Part shown: positions 1-10,800 of the stretch, one piece after another | Numbering within the stretch: the first letter of the stretch is position 1 | Layout of the letters: every line of letters begins with the position of its first letter | Assembly: GCA_023231475.1 (NCBI GenBank) | Contig: JALJEE010000692.1 | Location: 55,084-75,083 of the forward strand | Direction: 5' to 3' | Length of the DNA: 20,000 bases | Source: Seison nebaliae | Lineage: Eukaryota | Notes under the pieces: generated by a model | Database searches by the model: none | The model's input: only the letters and a program-made list of their open reading frames with translations | What the model was told of the DNA's origin: nothing | Made by a program: the position numbers and the translations under genes

Positions 1-1
1 G

Positions 2-361
2 AGTATAGTTTTTTGCTCACATCGTTCATTTCTGTCAATGGGTCGGGCTTACAACCGGCTCATTAGGAGGATAATTTGCTGTTTCCATAGATGCAATCGT
101 TCGCTACTTTTCGCCACTGTCGGGCTACTTCCATTTCCAATTCTCTTTTGTTGTCGAGTCCTCTCTCTTATGGGCAAAACTTCCGACAACGAATTCCACT
201 CATCATATATTTCGAACACATACTACTTTCGTTCTAACTCCATCTTTTCTGGATTATCTCACAATATTCATCTCGATGACTTTAAACAATCGATGTCAGA
301 TGCCAATAGATCGAGTATCTCTTGCAGAGTTACAACACTTAATCGATGTCGGATACGATAA
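2..361 (+). CDS. Possible 3' end of an unidentified gene entering from the left edge
   Basis: Frame 2 is open from base 2 to TAA 359-361, with AATAAA at 391 and an AT-rich tract after it. The other five frames contain stops. No recognisable domain; RLIRRIICC loosely resembles a membrane-protein cytoplasmic tail. Confidence 0.35.
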   Translation, partial: SIVFCSHRSFLSMGRAYNRLIRRIICCFHRCNRSLLFATVGLLPFPILFCCRVLSLMGKTSDNEFHSSYISNTYYFRSNSIFSGLSHNIHLDDFKQSMSDANRSSISCRVTTLNRCRIR

Positions 362-936
362 AAAATTCTTCTTTATCCCGGGGGAATTTTAATAAATAAG
401 TAATAATAATAATAAAAAAAATTGTTAAATTCAAAGATTTATTTTTATGTCAATTTTACTTACAATCAAATTATTTTTGTCGCTTCTTACAAAGAAAGCC
501 GTTTCTTTTGTCCTAGATATAGGGATGTATTCAGTGTATCATAAATTTGCAATAAAAATTGTTTGTTTCAGATTTTTAAGCTGGTATTGAAATTAATTAA
601 TCGAAGGTTTCTTGCTAATATCATGAAACTACAATAGTTAAGAATGATCATTGTAATATAATAGCATTGTTAGTAAAATCAATGTTAAGGACCGTACCTA
701 AAAATAATTTTCAAGGAATAATTAATTATATCAACTTTATATTAAGCAAAATTGATTGATAATTAATACAAAAGTCAAATAAAACCAAGAATAAAAACAT
801 ATGTATAAAGTTAATTTAGAATTTATGAATGACTATTTCCAAATTCATTTGTCAAATATTTAATAGAAGAAAAGGCGAAAAAGATTAATTAAAAGTTATA
901 AGAAATTTCTTAAGGAAAAATTGATTGATGAGATGA

Positions 937-1680
937 TTATCTTTTTTCATTCTTCAGATATCTTGGTGACCATTCGATATGTATGATCAGATTCTTCACA
1001 CGGAAATTACTATAAACGCTAATGGCTTTTTCTGCATCCTCTTTGGTACGAAAAGTGACGAAACCATATCCTCGACCAATTTTTGTAACACGATCTTGAA
1101 CAACATAAGCACTTGAAGGACCTGAATCGAAGATGGATCGATCGAAAATATTCTTTAATTCCTCTTTTGTCATATCGAGAGGAATATTTGTTACTTTAAT
1201 CGTATTTTCTGTTGTCTGATTTTTCGTTGAATTACCTGGCGCCATGTCACGATGAGCGACTTTACTGGGAACATAAACATCGCTACCACGCTTCTCATCT
1301 GTCTCGTCTTCTGGCATTGCCAATGTACATTGTTTTGTGTAATGATTATCATTACAAATTCGACATCTAATTTTCTCCGGTTGACTGGAAACTGGTACAT
1401 CTTGTTTTAGTGGAACGTGCGTCATTTCCATATTAACATCTTCGGTAGCAGAAACTTTTCCTGCCGTTTCCGTTTTTTTTGCATCACCAAATTTAGGCCA
1501 TTTTCTCCTGTCAGCAATCGGCTTCACGACAAGTTCTTTCGTCCGTTTTATAACTGTCGTCAATTTTAACTTCCGACTGTCTTTAACAATCTTTGCTGTT
1601 CGAATATACGTGTCTGTCTTATCATCATAAGTCTCTTTGACCAATGATGGATCTTTCAAAAATTCCGTCCAATCAACCAT
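937..1680 (-). CDS. EIF3G: Eukaryotic translation initiation factor 3 subunit G (divergent, intronless, 247 aa)
   Basis: IADRRKWPKFG motif, zinc knuckle CRICNDNHYTKQC, YVP motif, and a C-terminal RRM (TIKVTNI, RGYGFVTF, LIIHIEWS). This is the eIF3g domain order. Confidence 0.92.
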   Translation of the reverse strand: MVDWTEFLKDPSLVKETYDDKTDTYIRTAKIVKDSRKLKLTTVIKRTKELVVKPIADRRKWPKFGDAKKTETAGKVSATEDVNMEMTHVPLKQDVPVSSQPEKIRCRICNDNHYTKQCTLAMPEDETDEKRGSDVYVPSKVAHRDMAPGNSTKNQTTENTIKVTNIPLDMTKEELKNIFDRSIFDSGPSSAYVVQDRVTKIGRGYGFVTFRTKEDAEKAISVYSNFRVKNLIIHIEWSPRYLKNEKR

Positions 1681-1842
1681 TTTATACTTTTGTTGTTAAA
1701 GAATTAAATAAATGAAATGCTAAAACTTTAAAATAAAGTGGTAATAAAAGGTCGTTTGAAAATATAATTTTGTTTCTTTTTTTGTTAGAATAGATTTTTA
1801 GGGAATTAGAAAGTTGTTTTGCATTCGTCGATACATTTGTGC

Positions 1843-2489
1843 TTAACGACTATCAGTTGATGTAGCTTCAAAATTTGAGGGATGTTTCGAGTCTCGCACT
1901 AATACAGTGCAAATAATTGCGGCGAATAACAATGTGAAAATTGCCATAACAAGCAGAGGAACATCGATCACATGTTTTCTCCGATCGGCCATTATCAATA
2001 CTGATTTGCGAATGACGGGAAGTGGTTTAGCTCGTGCATCTGGAAATCGACCATAATCTAAATTGAACAATTCATTTATTGTACTATGTCTCTGGTATCG
2101 ACAAAGAGGAGGTCGTGCAGTATTGCAATAATATTGTACGACTATTTCTTTTTTGCTACGAATAATTGGACATTTACTAATTCCACATTCACGTCCTGAA
2201 AAATTGTGAGATATTCGTTTAGTAATGATAATGAATTCTAACTAAATTCTGTATTGATAATGCCACCTTTAGTGATACATTCTACTGAACTAATTAATTT
2301 TCATAATATCAATTAAACAATAACAATTAACGTTTGAAGGTTTAATTTGAAATTCAAGAAATCTAAACATTCCGTCGCTACTTGTCCATAAACATAAGTA
2401 TCAAATTCTAAATAAGTTATCTCCTTTCCCGTCGTCATAACAACACAAATTACTATGAGAAAATAGAAAACTTTTTCATTTTTTCTCAT
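1843..2489 (-). CDS. Uncharacterised Cys-rich single-pass (type I) membrane protein, 3 exons, 185 aa
   Basis: Exons 2489-2332, 2289-2243 and 2195-1843 join via GT-AG introns (42 and 47 nt) into a 558-nt ORF. It has an N-terminal hydrophobic signal (MRKNEKVFYFLIVICVVMTTG), six ectodomain Cys, a TM helix VPLLVMAIFTLLFAAIICTVLV and a short tail. Confidence 0.8.
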
Positions 2490-3203
2490 TTTCTGTTCAT
2501 TACAATTTCTTACTCTATTTCATATGAGAGATTAAATATATTTTAATTAACTAAAATTCAAATCAGAAACGTATATGGGATTTTTTGTATTAATTAATCA
2601 TTCATGATTTCAATGATGAGAATTGATAAATTTTATTTTTGAAAAAGAAAACGAAAAAAGTTTTATGTCTTCTTCAAGAGAAAGTTTTTATACCAAAAAA
2701 ATGATTGAGGTAATTGTATATAATACATAAATATTCACAAAATAACAAAAGGTTAAAAATGAAATTGAAAAAAAATGTCAAAAAATCGAAAGAACAAAAT
2801 TGTGTGAAAAGGTGAGGAAGAGGTGAAATATGGGAATGAAATTATATTTTCTTTAAATATTCTAAAATCAGAAATATAATTGGAGATCAGTAGAAATTTA
2901 TATTTTTCTGGATTTTTTTTATAACTTAAACTATTTATCGGAACCGATTTTATTCATTTAAAATCGCACAACGACATGGAATTTTTTTAGGTACTATTTT
3001 ATTCAATTTGGTGTTTCATTCAATTTGAAAAGTCGAAGGAGAAGTGACGGAAAACGATGATGAATAAAGTTGATCTACGTGCTGCTTTTGTATGGTTGTC
3101 GATGAATTGGAACAATTGGATAATTCTTCTTGATATTTCTTGTAAATATTAAACGTCGTAATGTGTATGTTAAGTGTTGACGGAAGCTTTTGATAATATA
3201 TAA

Positions 3204-4869
3204 CTAGAAATTCATTAAAAGTCTTCTTATCGTCAATATGACCAATAGAAAGGTTATCATATGTGTCAAAGATATTGATGATATTCCATCACCACTATTA
3301 ATAATTCGACTTCCTCTTAAATAATTTTTCGAAGCATCATCTTCCATGAAATTTTTCCGTTCTCCATCTAAAAGATATCGAAAAGTTAAATTAGTTATTT
3401 ATTTTAGTTATTATACTAAATAAAGACCTTGTGTAAATATCGTAATAATTTCTTCCAATGTCGATACATCATTGGTAATACTGATTTTAATATCACGTGC
3501 TTCGTTCAATTTTTTTATAGTTAAAATAGCTTTATATCGATCATTCTCTAAATTCTATTAGAAAATACAAAGTATATACAAAGTAAATTAGACTAAATGA
3601 TAAAATTAAAAATTTAACTTGTAGCACGGTAGAATATTCATTTCTAGCATCATTGGCATTTAATAATATGTCATCAATATTCCATTGAATTATCGGTTTA
3701 GTATTGCTCTCAAATATACATTCCACGGGCAAATCTTCACTACCCTTTGTGGCCCAAACAGGATCGCATTTCACAACTTTAGGGGAACCTTATTAGAAGT
3801 TATTATGAAAATAGAGAAAATGAACTACGAACTTAATACTTGAATTAATCTTGAGGAGCTGATATACGTCTCTCCATCTACTGAAGCACGACATGTCATT
3901 ATCTTGTTGTGATATGATCGATCAGCGATAAATGTTTCTGGTTTCGATTTGATGACTTTGGTAAAAAGTTGAATGTGTAAAGGTCCTTGTCCCTCCGTCA
4001 CAAAATTTTCAAATCCATTATTAAAATATTTCATGACATCAGTATTGCCGATGGTCATTCTGAAGGAGATAAATTGAAATTTCAATGAACATTTCAATAG
4101 TTGAATTCTAACTGGAATTGTGGACGAGGATAAACATCTCGGACAGAACAATTCGTTTTCATTTCTTTTCCTTCTATTAATTTCACGACGGTGTTTGTGG
4201 CGTTCGTTTCGATAAATTGATTTTCAAACGTCAATTCAACTGATTGAATTGGAACTGATAAAATAGAAAGAAAATTATGCTTGATTTTGTTTTAAAAAAA
4301 GTTTCACACAAACTTATTACAACAATCAATTTTTTTTGTCGAGAATTTTCATCACCACCGAAAATTTCACAAGCATACCATCCAGCATCCTCAGCTCGAA
4401 CATCTGTTAATTAAGAAGAATTCAATTTAATTAATAAGTGAAATTCAAAAACTTTTTATTATCAGTATTTGATTGAACGCTTTTTCATAAAACTCTTCTC
4501 TTATATCAAATCTTCCGGTACTTTCGAAAGGCTCGAGAATTTTCTTCCCCCGATTAATATCAGTCACTTCTTCAGCTATTAATGAAATAATTTAATATAA
4601 AGAATTGATAATAATAAAAGAGTTTAACCTTTATTTCCTGGAAAATATTTTCTCCAAACTAATGCTTTGCCAAATTCTGGATTCTCATAAATACATTCCA
4701 ATTCAGTTTCATCACCTTGACTCAATAGAACTTTATCACCACCAGGTCGAACTATCAATGTATTTGCTGTAACACCGGCCATAGGTGGAATAAATTCAGC
4801 ATTCTCAACATCATCGGACAATGTTGTGGCAACGGTGCAGAATAAGATGAAGAATGAAAGAAAATTCAT
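3204..4869 (-). CDS. Cell-surface immunoglobulin-superfamily protein, three Ig-like domains, probable GPI anchor, 8 coding exons, 427 aa
   Basis: Exons 4869-4629, 4575-4453, 4403-4314, 4254-4113, 4059-3833, 3788-3619, 3554-3428 and 3367-3204 splice in frame (1284 nt). Signal peptide; Ig1 ELECIY..LVW..LIIKNVRAEDAGWYACEI; Ig2 TNCSVRDVYPRP..IMTCRAS; Ig3 VECIFESNTKPIIQW..AILTI; C-terminus INSGDG followed by a hydrophobic tail. Confidence 0.9.
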
Positions 4870-4890
4870 CTGGAAGGAATGAAGTTGACG
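4870..4890 (-). other. Probable 3' splice acceptor directly before the Ig-gene ATG (5' UTR intron or trans-splice site)
   Basis: The minus strand reads CGTCAACTTCATTCCTTCCAG|ATG: a pyrimidine tract plus CAG abutting the start codon. Confidence 0.5.
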
Positions 4891-7800
4891 AAATAATAAT
4901 AGTTCGTGAATGAAATGTAGAAATAGTAAATGATGATGATGATTGAAACGTACAGAAGTTAGTTAGCAATAACAAATAGAAACGAAAAGAAGGTCATCGA
5001 ATAGGATAGAAAATAAAAACGAAAAAAGAACACAAAGAAATATCGTAAAGTAAAATACCAATAAAGAAATCGATATTGATTCTCGTCGACGTTATATAGT
5101 TTAGGACGAAAGTAATCGAAAGAATGTCATTTCATGTCAATGATGATTGAATTGTGGAGGGATGAATACATAGGAAAAGAATGGTTACATGTTCATAAAA
5201 TAATCAAGTTCAACCAAATACACAGAAAGTCGGGTTAGCTGGCATAAAAAAAGAAAAGCGAATTTTAATTAGGAGTGAAGGTCCTAACTACCACGACTAC
5301 CTCATATATTCTCCAACTTGCGTAATATTAACAAGTATTTTAGTTTTATGTTTTGATAAAAAGACATCTGAAAAAATGAATGAAAAATTGATTGGAAGAT
5401 ATAAAGGAGATTTTATGGTCTTTTCATTTATTGAACACAATTGACATAGATGGCAATGTTATGTAAATGGATAATATATGCTAAGCGATGATATCATATT
5501 ATGGATGGTAGAATTGATTCATCGTGTTTTTATAGATGATTCCGATAAACATTAATAGAGGAAGATAAATTCATGAATGAGAATTTGAATAGAAGAGATT
5601 CAATTCGAATAGAATAGGAAGAGCAGAGAGATCGAATGGAAAAAGGAAGGAAAGTTATTTGATTGAATGGGTGATGAGATGAGAGAGTAAAGGTGAAGTT
5701 GAGTAACGTGTAAATGGAATATCAGACTGAATCTACTTAATCTGTAGCGGAAGTAAATCACATTAATTAACTAATTTTGTAGTTATTCTTCTATTTGATA
5801 GACATGGAAATTACCTACGTTTCGTCAAGTATTAAGGTTGCTTTCGGTAAGCAGCTCAAAATGACTTTCCGTATATGTAAATATTATTTGGAAGGGAGGA
5901 GAGGTAGGAGATTGGTGAACACGGATGAATACATCCAATCAACAAGTTAATCTTCTAAATAAATATGAGGAATTTAAATTCATTTCATTGAAATCCTGAA
6001 ATATTTCATGAGATTAACTTATTACGGAATTGGGAATAATATCGATGTGAAGGAGTCGAATATTCTCTTACAAACATTTGAGAATTGACTATATAGTCGA
6101 CGAATTTAATCGTTGTTGGGAACTCTTTATTAGAAAAAAATAATTATCGTTTCGAAGAAGAAGAAACGAAGATCAACAACTGGGAATGGAATGCGGTTTG
6201 ACATCATCACAACTTCTGAAACTAAACTTGTCATCGCAATGATTAAAATCGAATTAAACACAAGTCAGTTTCGTCTTACTGATGTTATCATACTTCGACA
6301 TCTCTCCAAAAAGTTTGCTGTCGATTGTTTCTTCTGTAATTGATTTTGATGAGAACATTTCTAAACAATAAGTAGAAAAAGAATGAAAAGAAAGCATTCC
6401 TCCATTCCTTTCCGAATATATTCCACCACAAACGTCAATTGTGAGAAAGAAGGAAGACGCGAGAAACTAACGTAAAAATTATAATGATTATGTTCTTGTT
6501 GTTTGGTGAATAATAGCGTCACATCTACATAATCATCGGACGCACCGCTTTTACTCATCATCGATGTCACATGGGAATTTGAACAAGAATAATAATAAAA
6601 AGTAGAAAAAGAAACATGAAAGTTTAGGATGTACTAAGAAAATTCTTTTGAAAGAAAATTATTTATCTCCGTTTTTTCTTCTGTAATCAATTCCATTTCA
6701 TTTCCATCAGATTGACGTCTCCAATTTCAAGAAAATTGAATAGGTGTAATGACTGGAAATCATTTCATTAAAACAATCATTCGAGGTGGTTTATAAATTT
6801 GATAATGATTTTCGTTCGTTCAAACATCAATTTACAAAGCGAGTGAAAGAATAATGGAATTATTGAAGAATGCAAGAAAAGTGAAATCGAATGTTGTTAT
6901 TATGAGAAGAAAAGGAAATAAACTTTCTTTCTATTTGTTTTCGCATGAAGTTTCTAATTAGCGGAAATGAGTAGGAATAGTATTATTACAAATTCTACAT
7001 TCGACTTAAACAAATAAATAAATAATTTTTGCTTTTGATATCTTCATGCTCTTTTTTTATCTTCAATCCATTTCCTTTCTTATCCTTACTCTTTTTATTA
7101 TTTAAATATGATTCGATTTCAGTTACTGAAATTACTTTAACGAAATTCCTCTTCAATTATCGAAGGTTCGAAAGAAAATGTAAAAAAGAAATTCCTTCTT
7201 CATTTCATTGACTGGTAGGATGATGGAGAGGAAGAATGATGGATGAATAATAATCGGTAATTGTTCTTATGAGAAATTCGACATTTCATTCCGGAATGAT
7301 TGGTAATGATTCGTATTGATTACAAATTAATCTGGAAGAACCTTGACCCAATCGAGAAGATAGAAGAAAGTGGCTACTATTTAGACGTAGAAACAGCTCG
7401 ATTTGAACTGATTACTGTTAGTGATTGGTGATGATATTGAGAGGGAATGTCATTTAGAATGAGACTTCCGGGTCAATGATTTATCTTTTCTTTTTTGAAA
7501 TTTGTTATTCAACCAAAAAAATCTTTATTTCCATCATCTTGTTTGAAGATGAGAATTTTCTTCGATTACATTTCATGGTTTCGATATGATGAGGAATGAT
7601 AAGAAAATGAATATCTCTAATATCTGGAAGAAAACATATTGTAGGTCTTCCACATTCTGTTATGACGGGAATTAAGGAAACGGTTTGGGAGTAACGTATG
7701 TCATTCTTTGTCGTTGATTCTTTCCAAAAACATCGACTCCATTTGCTGTAAGAAAGTGTATGGTATTTGAATGGTATTACTTATTGGAATAAGATAGAAT

Positions 7801-10800
7801 GCTTACTATGTATGTGCACAATATTAGCAGGAACGATTATTTCATCATTAATATTATTTAAATGAGTTATGGAAGAGAATAAAAGAAAGTAGAACAGAAT
7901 GACACTTCCGTTCTTCAGTCTGATGTCTTCCCTCAAATATTTCTCCTAGTAACTTTCCCGTACAGCTCTACCACACTGATGATTCAATCAATATATTATG
8001 TCATTGCGAGAAAGAAATGTGCAAAGGAAGTTGTAGTATTGAAAGAAATCAATGCTTGATGAAAGTTGATGGAAATAAATTGGAGAAAGATTCATTAATT
8101 TCCATTTCCTTCTCCTCATTCACATAAATAATAAATAGAATATTCTTCTATTGCTTCTAAATAAAATTATTGAATGGCACAATTTAGCTGATATTGGATG
8201 ACAGATAATGAATAACCGCAAGAATAAAACCAGTTCAATTCGTACTATCAATATAGATGAAAAAGTTGAACGAAGTAAATTTACACTTCCTTCTTCGGTC
8301 TCCTCTACATCTCAACGAAAAATGGATGATAGAATTCCTCCTAATGATAATGCATTTCTTATAAATATTAGCAATTTCATTTGCATACTATTTACTTTCA
8401 ATATCGCGTCTTGGTCAATCAAAAACCAGTTCATCGTTTTTCCAATTTGAGGTAGATCAATATATTGCATTTCCATCACCATTCCATACTAATATTATTT
8501 ATTGAGAAAAGTAAACCGGAGATTTAATATTAGATAATTCTCCCATAAATTCAATTAAGGACAATGAACGAGTGAGATTCGGTATGAAAAAAGTGAATTA
8601 ATCAATTTGTAAAGTATTTCAATAGAAAACAGAAATAATGAAAGAAAATAGTGTACCATTATTTGTTTGTCTAAGGAACAACTGGACAATGGTCATTTCT
8701 ATAAAATAGATGACATTATCATGAAACGATCGATTGATAAGAATATAAAGTGAAAGAGATTATTATAGTATGAAGAATAAATGTATGACTATAAATTATG
8801 ACAAATTAAAAAAAAAGTGGTAAAATTCTAGAATCTAGATGTTAATTCATTTTGGGAGGTGCTTCCCAATAACTTTTGTTTCATGTCGGAACTTCCGAGT
8901 TCTCTCATAGTCGCTGTCTTTGGACAGCTTATTATCTGATTCTTTACCTATTGAAATTTCAGCTTCCTGAAATGAATATTGTTCACTTAATCTTTCATAT
9001 ATTCTTCCTAAAAGTTACTTAAGTTGCCAATGAAGAGATTGCCAAGAAGAATGTTGTCTTTCCAAATGAAGAAAGTAAACAACGCCCATATTAAATTGTC
9101 AGAGATAGAAAGTAGAACACTATTCCATTATTCATATATTTCAGTTACACCTATCTGTTGTATAGAAGAATATTTGGATATTTGAATAGTCGTAAACAAA
9201 TAAGAGATGAAGTACCATAGAGTTTGGAAGAAAAACGACCAATACAACACACATACGCATACCACTACCTGAATAAACCAGCAAATTTAGCTAGTTAACC
9301 ATTTCCTTTCTTAGTCCGGTTAGTCAGTCTATAGGCCGTGTTTTCCGGTTAGAATGAATTAAACTAGAATGAAATTTCTTCTTCTAATAACTGAAGAATG
9401 GATTAGATTCTCTATAAGATACATAATAAATTAGTTATGAAAGGGGAAAGAATCATAATGTATGGCCGGAAATAAAAATTTTGTCTGTTTACTATTAAAA
9501 GATTTTGAAATAAAAAGATTTAACCATCGTCATTAACATCATTTCAGTCTGATTATGTTGCTGAATCGAATAGTTATCATTCGAGAGTGATATTTTGTGC
9601 TATTGAACGATTTCCAGTTCTATTCTTCTATTAATTGTGTTATGTTTATTTGTTGTCTCTCAAATGTACACAACATTGTCGACATGAGAAGGTAGAGGAT
9701 GATATAATAAGCGGAGGACTCATCATGTTGAATTAAGGAAGTTCTTAGTCCGACAGTTAACTTTGTCTGATTAGAAGAAAGTCGCGTTGTCAATGTAACA
9801 TCTTGTGGGATGATAGTTTCAACATTATCATCGTTTGAGAAGTGGCGTAGATTTCATTGATTGGAGGAAATAGACTATTTCAAATAGTTGATGAGGGGAT
9901 CATATTCCAGATGTGCTAGTTACGTCGTTACGAAGTGGGAAGTGAAAGAAGAAAAGGAAGAGAATAATCACGAAGAGAAGTTTAGATGAACACATTTGTG
10001 GTGTTTAGATATGGCATATATTCTCCAAACAATTCCAATTGATGACAGATGCAGAAATAAAATGAATTGGTAAATATGTAATTGTGTCTTGCAAGACGTT
10101 GCGCCAAACTATTATCGCAAGAAATAAATGTGCTAATGAAAGAATGATGAATTACTTCGATTCATCAGATATGATAGATGAAAAAAATATGGTCACTGCT
10201 CCAGTTCTCTTGTTGGTTGTTACGCTTCCTTAAACAACTCTAATAGGTTTATGATAAGTTCCAACTAGAAGTCAGGCGGTAAACTCGGAAATTCAAAAAA
10301 ATTTTAATTTTCCTTTATTAATAAATGTGCAGGAGAAAACTATAAATGACGTGTCAGGAGAAATCAGAATAACATAAGTTTTTGTTAAAAAGAACCTTAT
10401 CATCACATTCGTCAATCATCAACAACGTATTCATTTCCATTTCCATTCATCAAACTGAATGAGAATGAGCTACGTTAATGAATTATGAATTATAAGAGAA
10501 AGAAGACGAAAAAAAAAAGAAATTCCACTAATAATAAGTCGATTACTTTTTTTGAGGCATAACACTAACAACTTATTACGTCATGTTTCAGAATGGAGGC
10601 GTGGAATGAATGATGAAAACTGTCTCATAATCAAAACATAATACGAACGAAGCGATCAATTATCGATGTCATGAGCATAATTATAAAATCAAAATTATTA
10701 CAATAACAACGGTAATCGTTCGATCGTTTTTATTTTTTATGTTTCTTTTTAGGGAAACGAAACATGGCAGTTGGTCCATTTCCTCACATTTCGTTCCCTC

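Noticed and set aside
1191..1400. 69-aa minus-strand ORF
   Set aside because: Alternate-frame shadow inside eIF3g.
3541..4869. ORF-track entries 3541-3774, 3825-4151 and 4624-4869 as separate genes
   Set aside because: They are exons of the single Ig gene with read-through into introns.
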